Positions 53,266 through 61,357 of a DNA stretch of 64,000 nt are shown one piece after another. Position numbers and translations under genes: made by a program. The number at the start of each line of letters is the position of its first letter. Within the stretch, counting starts at the first letter, position 1. This stretch comes from Verrucomicrobiales bacterium (lineage in GTDB: Bacteria > Verrucomicrobiota > Verrucomicrobiia > Verrucomicrobiales > V1-33): the NCBI GenBank assembly GCA_028293125.1, contig JAQGPJ010000051.1, forward strand, positions 68,036 through 132,035. Direction: 5' to 3'. The notes beneath the pieces were generated by a model. It did not search any database. It saw only the letters and a program-made list of their open reading frames with translations, and had not been told where the DNA came from.

Positions 53266-56118
53266 CTAGCCTCCCCCTTTTTTCGCACGGGCAAACCGCT
53301 CCCGGCGACGCTCCGCGGCGGCGGCATCCTGGGCTGCCCCCCCTTCGGCTTTCGGCGCACCGCCGTTTTCCGGGGAAGAAGCGGCGGGTGCCGGCGTCCG
53401 GGACTGGGGCGGGGTGGGGGTTTGGGAAAATGGAGCATTCCGACTCTCCGGTTTCGGCGGGAGGGAGGCATTTTTCTCCAAAACCAGTGGTGATATCCGC
53501 TGATCCGCGCCTGCGTTCTCCGATGCCATGGCGGCCGCCTGCGGAGTGGCCGCCTGCCCCTGAGCCAGAGCTGCCGATGGTTTGGCCCTGCGGCTCCAAA
53601 GCTCCGCAAAGCTCCAGCCCAGCCGTGTGGCCAGCGCCTCCGTCAGCACCAGTCCCAGCAGGACCGGCAGCAGCCACAGCCGCAGATCGGTGAATTGGGT
53701 CACCGGCGGCGCTTTCCAGGCGTCCTTCAGATCCAGCAGTTCGCGGCCGCCGGATTCCGCCGCCGTCTGCCGCAGCTCCTCCACGCGCGCGGTGTCAAAC
53801 ATCCACTCCACATTGGACCCCGCGGACAGCGGTCCAAAAGGGATGGCAAACTGCCCTGCCTGCACGGCGCCGCGGATCACATCGCCCTCCTCCAAGGTCA
53901 TGGCGGCCCGGTAATGACCGGGAGACATGCGCTGCCAGGTCAACTCCGGCCCCGCCTCGGCCCGCATGCCCCTGGCCAGCGCGATCCGGGGGGCCTGGGC
54001 AGCGAATTTCGCCTCCCACTCCTCATCATACATCAGGTCCAAGGACAGCTCCGTGCCCGTGACATCCCAGCGCAGGCCCAGTCCTGCCGGCAGATCCTGA
54101 CCCAGCAGCCAGCGGCTGAGGGTCTGGGCGAAATCACCGTACTTCGGCCACGCCCGCACCCGGTCCGAATATTCCCCGCCCAGCGGAAAACTCACCGCCG
54201 CCGCCCGCCCGCTGCCACGCTGCCCCCACGCCACCAGCGGAGCCTCAAATTCATCTTTGGAAACCAGTCCCTGCGATGCCCAGTCCCGGCGGTAACTCAG
54301 ATTGTAGCCATCCACCTCCCCCAGCCACTCCAGAGGGCGGCCCGCAACCTCCGCCCAGAGGCCATTGGCCGAGGCGGGCACCGGCTCCTTCACAAAGGCG
54401 CTGCGGGCCACGGCCACCGTCTCCGCCGTGAAAACGTTCGGCAGGTCCTCCGCGCGGTCGGTGAAGAAAATACGGCCATTGCCCCGCGTGGCCACATCCT
54501 TCAGAAACGCGGCATCGCTGTCCGTCTCCAGCCCCAGGGCGATCACGCTCACGGTGCCGCCCTCCGCCGTCATCTGCGCCAGCAGATTGATGTAATCCTC
54601 CGGCTGCTCGGCATCGGCGGCATCGGCGAACAGAATGAGATGCCGGGTGCCATAGTTGGTGTTTTTCAGCGCCTCCCAGCCGGCTTTGAGGCCATTGTAA
54701 ACAAAAATACCGCCGCCCTCGCTGCGCACTTTCCGGATGCGCTCATTCAGTTTGCCGCGGTTGTCGTCACTGCCGATCTGCTGCAGTCCCACAACCTCGT
54801 GGGCCTCACTGTCCACGGCATACACTCCCACCATGTCCTGATAACCCAGGAGCTCCACCGCCCTCGCCGCGCCCTCATTGGCCAGATCCATCTTCGTTCC
54901 CCCGCCGACCGTGGCCGCCATACTGCCGGAGCGGTCCATGACAATCACCATCGCCGCCGCCAGCTTCTTCTGATCCTTCTTCAGCTCCATGGAGACCGGC
55001 AGCAGCTCATCGATCGCCGACCGGAAGTAACCTCCGGATCCAAAACTTTTCCGCCCGCCGGCCATCATCAGGCCGCCGCCTTGGGAGTTCACAAAAAACT
55101 TCAGGGAATTGAGAAAGTCCGCCGGCACTTCCCAGGCGGGCACGTTGTTCAGGATCACGCCCCGGCAGCCGGACAGCTGTCCGGGCTGCAGTTTGCCAGG
55201 GTCACTGACCACCTCCACGGCGAAGCCCTGCCCCTGCAGCACGGCCTCCAAGGGGTCGGGGATGTAATTTGTCACCAGCAGCAGCCGGGGACCGCCGCCG
55301 ATCTCGATCCATCCCTCATACCGGTTGTTGCCCAGGTGGGAGTCATTCTTCGGCAAAATCTGCGCCTCGTAGCGGAAGGAGCCCGTGATGCCCAGCCGGT
55401 CCGTGAACCGGGCCACTCCGCGTCCCTTGGTCAGCACCACCTCGCTGTCGGTCAGTTTCTGCCCATTGCGGGACACCGTCAGCGGGACGGGGCCGTCCAC
55501 CGGACCTGCCACCTCCACTTCCACCAGGAACGGCTCGTTCACCTGCGTCCGGCCCGGCAGTTGGAGACGGCGCAGCTGGAAGTCCCCGCCGCCCGCGTCG
55601 GTGAGCAGCCGGAAATCCAGCGGCACTTTGGCCCCGGCCAGCTTTTCCGCCACCCCCGTGAGGGGTTCGGTGCTGAATCCGTCCGTGAACACCAGAATCC
55701 GCGCCGGACGGTTCTCATCGCGCAGGGCCAGCGCCTGCTGCACAGCGCTGCCCGTCCGTGTCTGCGCCCGGCTGCCGGTGTAGGGCCCCCCCGCATTCAA
55801 CTCCTGCGGCACGGCATCCGCCGCGAAGTCCACAAAATGCACCTCATCGCCGCGACGCGGTTTCCCGCTCTCCAGCAGCCGCTTCCACTCCGGAAATCCC
55901 TGGTCCACGCGGGCCTCCGTGCTGGCCGAACGGTCCAGCAGCACCCACAGGTCCATGCCGCCCGTCAGGCGGCGCCACTGAGGACGCATCAGCAGAAAAA
56001 CCGTCACCAGCAGGATGGCGGCGCGCAGCGGCTGGTGCAGCTTCAGACCGCGCCACATCCAGCCGGCAAGAATCAGCACTGGCAGCAGGCCCAGCCATTG
56101 GGGATCTCGGAAAACCAT
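53266..56118 (-). CDS. Membrane-anchored double-VWA protein with BatA-like N-terminus
   Basis: The N-terminal double-TM is MVFRDPQWLGLLPVLILAGWMW...AAILLVTVFLLMRP. The MIDAS-type motifs are LLDRSAST and VIVMDRSGSMAA. A C-terminal TM is LRLWLLPVLLGLVLTEAL, followed by a Pro/Ala-rich tail. Confidence 0.85.
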   Translation of the reverse strand: MVFRDPQWLGLLPVLILAGWMWRGLKLHQPLRAAILLVTVFLLMRPQWRRLTGGMDLWVLLDRSASTEARVDQGFPEWKRLLESGKPRRGDEVHFVDFAADAVPQELNAGGPYTGSRAQTRTGSAVQQALALRDENRPARILVFTDGFSTEPLTGVAEKLAGAKVPLDFRLLTDAGGGDFQLRRLQLPGRTQVNEPFLVEVEVAGPVDGPVPLTVSRNGQKLTDSEVVLTKGRGVARFTDRLGITGSFRYEAQILPKNDSHLGNNRYEGWIEIGGGPRLLLVTNYIPDPLEAVLQGQGFAVEVVSDPGKLQPGQLSGCRGVILNNVPAWEVPADFLNSLKFFVNSQGGGLMMAGGRKSFGSGGYFRSAIDELLPVSMELKKDQKKLAAAMVIVMDRSGSMAATVGGGTKMDLANEGAARAVELLGYQDMVGVYAVDSEAHEVVGLQQIGSDDNRGKLNERIRKVRSEGGGIFVYNGLKAGWEALKNTNYGTRHLILFADAADAEQPEDYINLLAQMTAEGGTVSVIALGLETDSDAAFLKDVATRGNGRIFFTDRAEDLPNVFTAETVAVARSAFVKEPVPASANGLWAEVAGRPLEWLGEVDGYNLSYRRDWASQGLVSKDEFEAPLVAWGQRGSGRAAAVSFPLGGEYSDRVRAWPKYGDFAQTLSRWLLGQDLPAGLGLRWDVTGTELSLDLMYDEEWEAKFAAQAPRIALARGMRAEAGPELTWQRMSPGHYRAAMTLEEGDVIRGAVQAGQFAIPFGPLSAGSNVEWMFDTARVEELRQTAAESGGRELLDLKDAWKAPPVTQFTDLRLWLLPVLLGLVLTEALATRLGWSFAELWSRRAKPSAALAQGQAATPQAAAMASENAGADQRISPLVLEKNASLPPKPESRNAPFSQTPTPPQSRTPAPAASSPENGGAPKAEGGAAQDAAAAERRRERFARAKKGGG

Positions 56119-56309
56119 AACGCGCCGACTCTAAGCGGGCCGGGCGGAAATAACAAAGAGCAACTTGAGGAAAGAGGGCGGATCCTGCGGTTCCGCCGGC
56201 TTTTGATTCTTGCATCCCTGTCCGATTATGAGAGATACGGCATGCGGGATCCATGCAGCCCCCTTCCCTGCTGGATTTATTGACACAACTATCACGAACG
56301 CCCTTGGTT

Positions 56310-59300
56310 ATGCGAGCATTGAGACTTTTGGCACTCTGGCTTTCCCCTGCCGCCGCCTTTCAGGCGGCGCCGCTGCGGGCACAGTCCGTGGAATGGAAAA
56401 CATTTGCGGGAAATTACGGAGGGGCAGGCATCAGGGACGGCCAGGCGGCGCAGTCCCGTTTTGATGTTCCCCGCGGCATGGCTCCGGATGGCACCGGCGG
56501 GGTTTATGTCACGGATCTTGAGAAACACACTATCCGCCGTATTTCCTCCGCGGGCGTGGTTTCCACCCTGACCGGAAATCCTGGCGTGAACGGAGACACG
56601 GATGGCCCGGCCGGAACCGCCCTGCTGAACAGACCGCATACACTTTTCAACACGGGAGCTTTTCTATACGCTCTGGACGCCACTCCGGCCGTCTCGGCCG
56701 GCAGACTCCGGCAGATTTCCTTTGACGGCACGGTCAGCACCCTGGCTGATGCTCCTGAGGGAATTTCGGGAATCGCGGCACTGCCGGACGGCACGCTTTA
56801 TCTTTCCTACGCGTCGGAACACGTGATCCGCCGCCGCACCCCTGCCGGGGCGGTCAGCATCATTGCCGGCAAACCCGGAACATCCGGAAGTGACAATGGG
56901 GAGGGCGGGGGGGCGCGCTTTAATTTTCCCGGCGCCTTGACACTGGACAAGGCTGGAAACCTTATTGTTTCAGACACGCGCAATTATCTTCTCCGAAAAA
57001 TGACTCCCGAGGGCGTGGTCTCCACTCTGGCGGGCTCCGTGGGCAAATCCGGATCGGCGGATGGTGCCGGCACGGCGGCCACCTTCTCCGGAATCACGGC
57101 CATGACGGTGGATGATTCAGGGGATGTGTTCGCTTCAGGCGGAGCCAACGGCAATATCCGGAGAATCTCACCGACGGGCGTCGTCACTACCTTGGCGGGC
57201 GGCTCCACCAGCGTCCACGGCTGGAAGGATGGCGTGGGCCGGAATGCCTCGTTCGCGGATCCCGCCGGTATCGCCTTTGCGGGGGATGGCAGCCTGATGA
57301 TCGCGGATGCGGGAGCCCAGTCCATCCGGCGCATGACTCCGGATCTCACCGTGACCACTTATGCGGGACGGCCCTCCATCCGGGGCATTCTGGACGGTGC
57401 CGGAACCGCCGCCCAGATGCTGAATCTGCGCAAGTCCGCAGTGGACACGGGCGGAAATATTTATTTCATCGACGGGCAGCGCATTCGGAAATCCACTCCC
57501 CAGGGAGTGGTCACCACCCTTGCCGGGGATCCTTGGCTGGCTGGCAGCGCCAATGGCACCGGAACCGCCGCCAGGTTCAACAACCCTGTCGGCGTGACCG
57601 TGGACAATGCGGGCACTGTGTATGTCGCGGATACAGGGAATCACACCATCCGCAAAATCACCCCCGCACGCGTGGTGTCCACCCTCGCGGGGCGCACGGG
57701 TGAATCCGGCGCTTTGAATGGAACAGGCGGCGCGGCGCGGTTTGAATTGCCGAACGATGTGACGATTGGCCCGGACGGCGCGCTCTATGTCACGGATTAC
57801 AACCGGGCGGTGAGAAAAGTCACCACCGCCGGGGTGGTGACCACCTATGCAGGTATCCTGGGGAGTGACGGCACCAACGACGGCCCTATTGACAGCGCCC
57901 GTTTTCTGTATTTGGCCGCCTCGGCGTTTGATGTGCAAGGCAATCTTTATGTCCTCGATTCCGGAGCCCACAATATCCGCAAAGTCTCCGCTGACCGCAC
58001 CCAGGTCACCACTCTTTGCGGCTTGGCTGGTGAGGCCGGTTATGCGGATGGAACTGGACCGGCGGCGAGATTTGACCAGCCATTCGCAGTGGATGTGGCT
58101 CCGGATAGTGTGCTGTATGTCGCGGACCTGATGAACAATGTGGTGCGCCGCATTACACCGGCCGGCGCCGTCACCACCGTCGGGGGACTCTTCGGTGACA
58201 AACTGGAGGAGCTTTCGGATGGAGTGGGATCAGAGGCCCGATTCAGTGGGCTGACCGGGATTTCCATTGACTCCAAGGGTTCCATTTACCTGTCGGACGC
58301 GGATAATGCGCGGCTTGTGAAAGGCACCGTGATCCAGTCCGTGGAACTGACGGCGGTTCCCCAGACAGTCACCTTTGCGGAGGACACCACGTATCCTCTG
58401 CTGCTGGAGACCACCGGAGCCGGCGGGGGCACGGTGAGCTTCACCGTGGTGACTCCGCCCGCGCACGGCACGCTCAGCGGCGCCGCACCCAATCTGGTCT
58501 ACACGCCCGCCACGGACTATTTTGGCCCGGACACCTTCACCTTCAAAGCGGTTTCCGGCTCCACCGAATCCGCCCCCGCCACGGTCAGCATCACTGTCAC
58601 CAATGTGAACGATCCACCCGTGGCATTTGACCGGACCATCACCACCGATGAGGATACAGCTGTCCAAGTGCCCACGGCGGGGTTTGATGCCGAGAGTGAG
58701 ATTGATGAGCGGAGTTTCGAGGTCCTAACCCAACCCGCGCACGGGAAGGTCACCGGCAGCGCTCCCAACCTATATTACAAATCGGATGCTGATTACTCCG
58801 GCCCGGACAGCTTCACTTACGTGGCGCGGGACTATACCTCCACCAGCGCTCCGGCTGTCATCACCATCAATGTGCTGCCGGTCAACGACGCGCCCGCCGC
58901 CGCCGCGCAAACTTTGGAGACCAACGAGGACACCAGCCTGCCCGTGGTTCTGACCGGCACCGATGCGGAGAACGATCCGCTGACATTCGAGGTCGCCGCG
59001 CCCCCCGCGCACGGCACCCTGACCGGCAATGCCCCAAATCTGGTTTACACGCCCGCCGCGGACTACTTCGGCCCTGACAGTTTTTCGTTCATAGCCAGGG
59101 ACGGCACCCTGGCCAGCGCCGCCGTTCAAGTGGCTTTGACCGTGCGACCGGTCAATGACCCGCCCACCGTGCTGGAGCCGTTGGAGCCTATCGTGCAGAC
59201 CCGACCGGGGCTGACGGCATCGATCCCCCTGGCCCCGCATTTTCGTGATCCGGAGACCGGCGCGGAGGCGCTCACCTTCAGCCTGCAGGCGGAGAACAGA

Positions 59301-60311
59301 GCAGATTTTTTCATATCCTCCATGCAGGGTGGAATTCTCACCCTCACCGGCACAACGCCCGGAATTGCCAATGTGACGGTTATTGCGGCTGATCCCGAGG
59401 GCCTCTCCGCCGAATCGGTTTTCATTTACCGGGTCAAGCATCTTCCGGAACTGACCGGCGGCAGCGGCATTCCCGCCCAACGGGCCATTCTTGGAAAACC
59501 TCCAGTGCTGATTGATCTTTCCTCATGGTTCAGTGACGCCGACGGTGACCTCCTCACCTTCAGTCTGGCCGCTAATTCCAATCCCGTGCCCGCTTCGGTG
59601 ACCCTGACGGGCCCGCTCCTGACCCTGATCGCCCTGGAGCCGGGATCCACCCGCATCACGGTGCGGGCCACGGATTCGGACGGAGGCACGCTGGATGCCG
59701 GCTTTGACTTGGCCGCAGGCACGGAATTCCCGACCGCCACCGCCACGGGAGGCCTGGTGCCTGATCCGCAGAGCGGCCTTCTGCTGCAGAAGGTGACCAT
59801 CGTCAACACCACCGGTCTGGCATGGAATGGATTCCGACTGCTGGTCTCCGGACTGCCGGACGGCACCGCACTTCACAACACCACTGCCCCGGCTGGCGCC
59901 TCCGGCTCCTGGATTGACTGGACCGGCTCCATGGAGCCGGGAGCCCAAGCAACCCTGACTTTGGCATTTTATTCCCCTGCCCGCATAGCTGGCCTCACTC
60001 CGGTTCTCTCCGTGGGCGACGTGGGCACCGCCACCCAGCCCCTTGGGGATGGGAAAGGCTTGGAGGTCCGCCTGATTGCGTCGTTGAAGGATGGCGGCAT
60101 CCTTCTGGAGTTCGACTCCATTCCCGGACACTGGTATCAGGTGGAGTACAGCACAGACTTCACCACTTGGAAAGTGTCTCCCGTCTCCATCCGCACCAGT
60201 GCCAACCGCACTCAGTGGATAGACCGGGGACCGCCTTGGACTGATGCCCCGCCCTCCGGCTCACCGGCGAGGATCTACCGCATCAAGGATGCAACCCCCG
60301 CCCCCTTCTGA
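56310..60311 (+). CDS. Giant secreted NHL-repeat protein with cadherin-like and Ig-like repeats and a C-terminal IYR module
   Basis: ATG at 56310 gives the signal MRALRLLALWLSPAAAFQAAPLRA. More than 12 NHL-type units (F..P.G...D..G..YV.D..N..IR.I.P.G.V.T.AG) occupy about 56400..58320. Three VND(P/A)P-delimited repeats follow, then two Ig-like units. The protein ends in ARIYRIKDATPAPF. Confidence 0.85.
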   Translation: MRALRLLALWLSPAAAFQAAPLRAQSVEWKTFAGNYGGAGIRDGQAAQSRFDVPRGMAPDGTGGVYVTDLEKHTIRRISSAGVVSTLTGNPGVNGDTDGPAGTALLNRPHTLFNTGAFLYALDATPAVSAGRLRQISFDGTVSTLADAPEGISGIAALPDGTLYLSYASEHVIRRRTPAGAVSIIAGKPGTSGSDNGEGGGARFNFPGALTLDKAGNLIVSDTRNYLLRKMTPEGVVSTLAGSVGKSGSADGAGTAATFSGITAMTVDDSGDVFASGGANGNIRRISPTGVVTTLAGGSTSVHGWKDGVGRNASFADPAGIAFAGDGSLMIADAGAQSIRRMTPDLTVTTYAGRPSIRGILDGAGTAAQMLNLRKSAVDTGGNIYFIDGQRIRKSTPQGVVTTLAGDPWLAGSANGTGTAARFNNPVGVTVDNAGTVYVADTGNHTIRKITPARVVSTLAGRTGESGALNGTGGAARFELPNDVTIGPDGALYVTDYNRAVRKVTTAGVVTTYAGILGSDGTNDGPIDSARFLYLAASAFDVQGNLYVLDSGAHNIRKVSADRTQVTTLCGLAGEAGYADGTGPAARFDQPFAVDVAPDSVLYVADLMNNVVRRITPAGAVTTVGGLFGDKLEELSDGVGSEARFSGLTGISIDSKGSIYLSDADNARLVKGTVIQSVELTAVPQTVTFAEDTTYPLLLETTGAGGGTVSFTVVTPPAHGTLSGAAPNLVYTPATDYFGPDTFTFKAVSGSTESAPATVSITVTNVNDPPVAFDRTITTDEDTAVQVPTAGFDAESEIDERSFEVLTQPAHGKVTGSAPNLYYKSDADYSGPDSFTYVARDYTSTSAPAVITINVLPVNDAPAAAAQTLETNEDTSLPVVLTGTDAENDPLTFEVAAPPAHGTLTGNAPNLVYTPAADYFGPDSFSFIARDGTLASAAVQVALTVRPVNDPPTVLEPLEPIVQTRPGLTASIPLAPHFRDPETGAEALTFSLQAENRADFFISSMQGGILTLTGTTPGIANVTVIAADPEGLSAESVFIYRVKHLPELTGGSGIPAQRAILGKPPVLIDLSSWFSDADGDLLTFSLAANSNPVPASVTLTGPLLTLIALEPGSTRITVRATDSDGGTLDAGFDLAAGTEFPTATATGGLVPDPQSGLLLQKVTIVNTTGLAWNGFRLLVSGLPDGTALHNTTAPAGASGSWIDWTGSMEPGAQATLTLAFYSPARIAGLTPVLSVGDVGTATQPLGDGKGLEVRLIASLKDGGILLEFDSIPGHWYQVEYSTDFTTWKVSPVSIRTSANRTQWIDRGPPWTDAPPSGSPARIYRIKDATPAPF
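58341..59165 (+). repeat. Three tandem intragenic repeats of about 91 codons (cadherin-like)
   Basis: The recurring unit is ...PPAHGTL(S/T)G.APNLVYTPA.DY(F/S)GPD(T/S)F(T/S)F.A......SAPA.V.I.V..VND(P/A)P. VND codons lie at about 58605, 58881 and 59151. Confidence 0.7.
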
Positions 60312-60509
60312 GGTTGCGCTCCTTGGCCCGCCCGGCAGCCGCTCATCCGGGTTTTCCAACCGGTTGGCGGGCAGGCGGGTTGGACAGTGCATGCCGGCTC
60401 CCGGATTTTAGGCGGGGAATATCAAAAAGCCGCAGCCGGAAGCGTGGCTGACCGGCAGCGGGCTTTGCCATTTGCGCCAAGGGCCGGCAAGCGCCATTGC
60501 TCCGATGCT

Positions 60510-61226
60510 ATGATTACCCCTCACCCGCAGGAAGGCTCCTTTCGATTATTTAAATTCCGGAACATCCAAGTCTCGGTACACTGGTCGTGGCTAATCGTGG
60601 CTTGGTTCCAAATTCAGCGCACGCAAGCCAGCCGGGAATACCTGAATCCTGTCTGGGCGGCATATGAATATCTGGCCCTGTTTGGAATTGTGCTGCTGCA
60701 TGAGTTCGGCCACTCCCTTGCCACCCGACAAGTAGGCGGGCGGTCGGACAATATCATTCTCTGGCCCTTTGGCGGCATCGCCTACGTCCAGGCCCCGCCC
60801 CGCCCAGGAGCCCATTTGTGGAGTATCGCTGCCGGACCGCTGGTGAATGTGGCACTGATTCCCGTCTTCTGGATTCTGTCCTGGTGGAGTGAACACTATA
60901 CGGAAAGCTACGAACTGCAGATGCTGCTGCACAGTATTTACCGCATCAACTGGGTGCTCCTCATTTTCAACGTGCTGCCGATTTATCCTCTTGATGGCGG
61001 CCAGATCCTCCAGGCTCTGCTGTGGTACCGGCTTGGGTATGCCCGCGCGCTGCTGATCGCTTCAGGAGTGGGGATAGCCGGCACTCTGGCTCTGGGAATC
61101 TGGGTTTTCTCCTCCTTCCACAGCATCTATCTCCCGCTCATGCTGCTCTTCCTCCTGATCAATGCCTGGAGCTCCTTCCAACGGGCCCGCCAGCTGCTGA
61201 CCCAGGGACCTCCGCAGGACAGCTGA
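60510..61226 (+). CDS. Site-2 protease family (M50) membrane metalloprotease, short form without PDZ
   Basis: ATG at 60510. The HExxH motif is in the TM segment LFGIVLLHEFGHSLATR. The second motif is NVLPIYPLDGGQIL. Several TM helices are present. Confidence 0.8.
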   Translation: MITPHPQEGSFRLFKFRNIQVSVHWSWLIVAWFQIQRTQASREYLNPVWAAYEYLALFGIVLLHEFGHSLATRQVGGRSDNIILWPFGGIAYVQAPPRPGAHLWSIAAGPLVNVALIPVFWILSWWSEHYTESYELQMLLHSIYRINWVLLIFNVLPIYPLDGGQILQALLWYRLGYARALLIASGVGIAGTLALGIWVFSSFHSIYLPLMLLFLLINAWSSFQRARQLLTQGPPQDS

Positions 61227-61283
61227 ACGGAGCGCGCCCCGCCCGCCAAGGCGGACAAACAGCCTTTCAAGGCATCAATCCCG

Positions 61284-61335
61284 TAAAAGCAAATCCCCGG
61301 CGCGCACCTTTGACGCGGCCGGGGATTTGTTTTGG
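61284..61335. terminator. Bidirectional rho-independent terminator between convergent genes
   Basis: The stem pairs CAAATCCCCGGCGCG with CGCGGCCGGGGATTTG (about 15 bp, one bulge). It is followed by TTTT on the plus strand and preceded by AAAAG (CTTTT on the minus strand). It lies between the M50 stop (61226) and the discoidin-protein stop (61358). Confidence 0.55.
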
Positions 61336-61357
61336 TAGGAGGAGAGAAACCGCCGGA

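Noticed and set aside
50610-56283. Plus-strand ORFs of 828 aa (50610..53096) and 862 aa (53695..56283)
   Set aside because: They mirror almost exactly the helicase and VWA genes on the other strand. Their composition is His/Gln/Arg/Gly/Pro-rich and they have no motifs.
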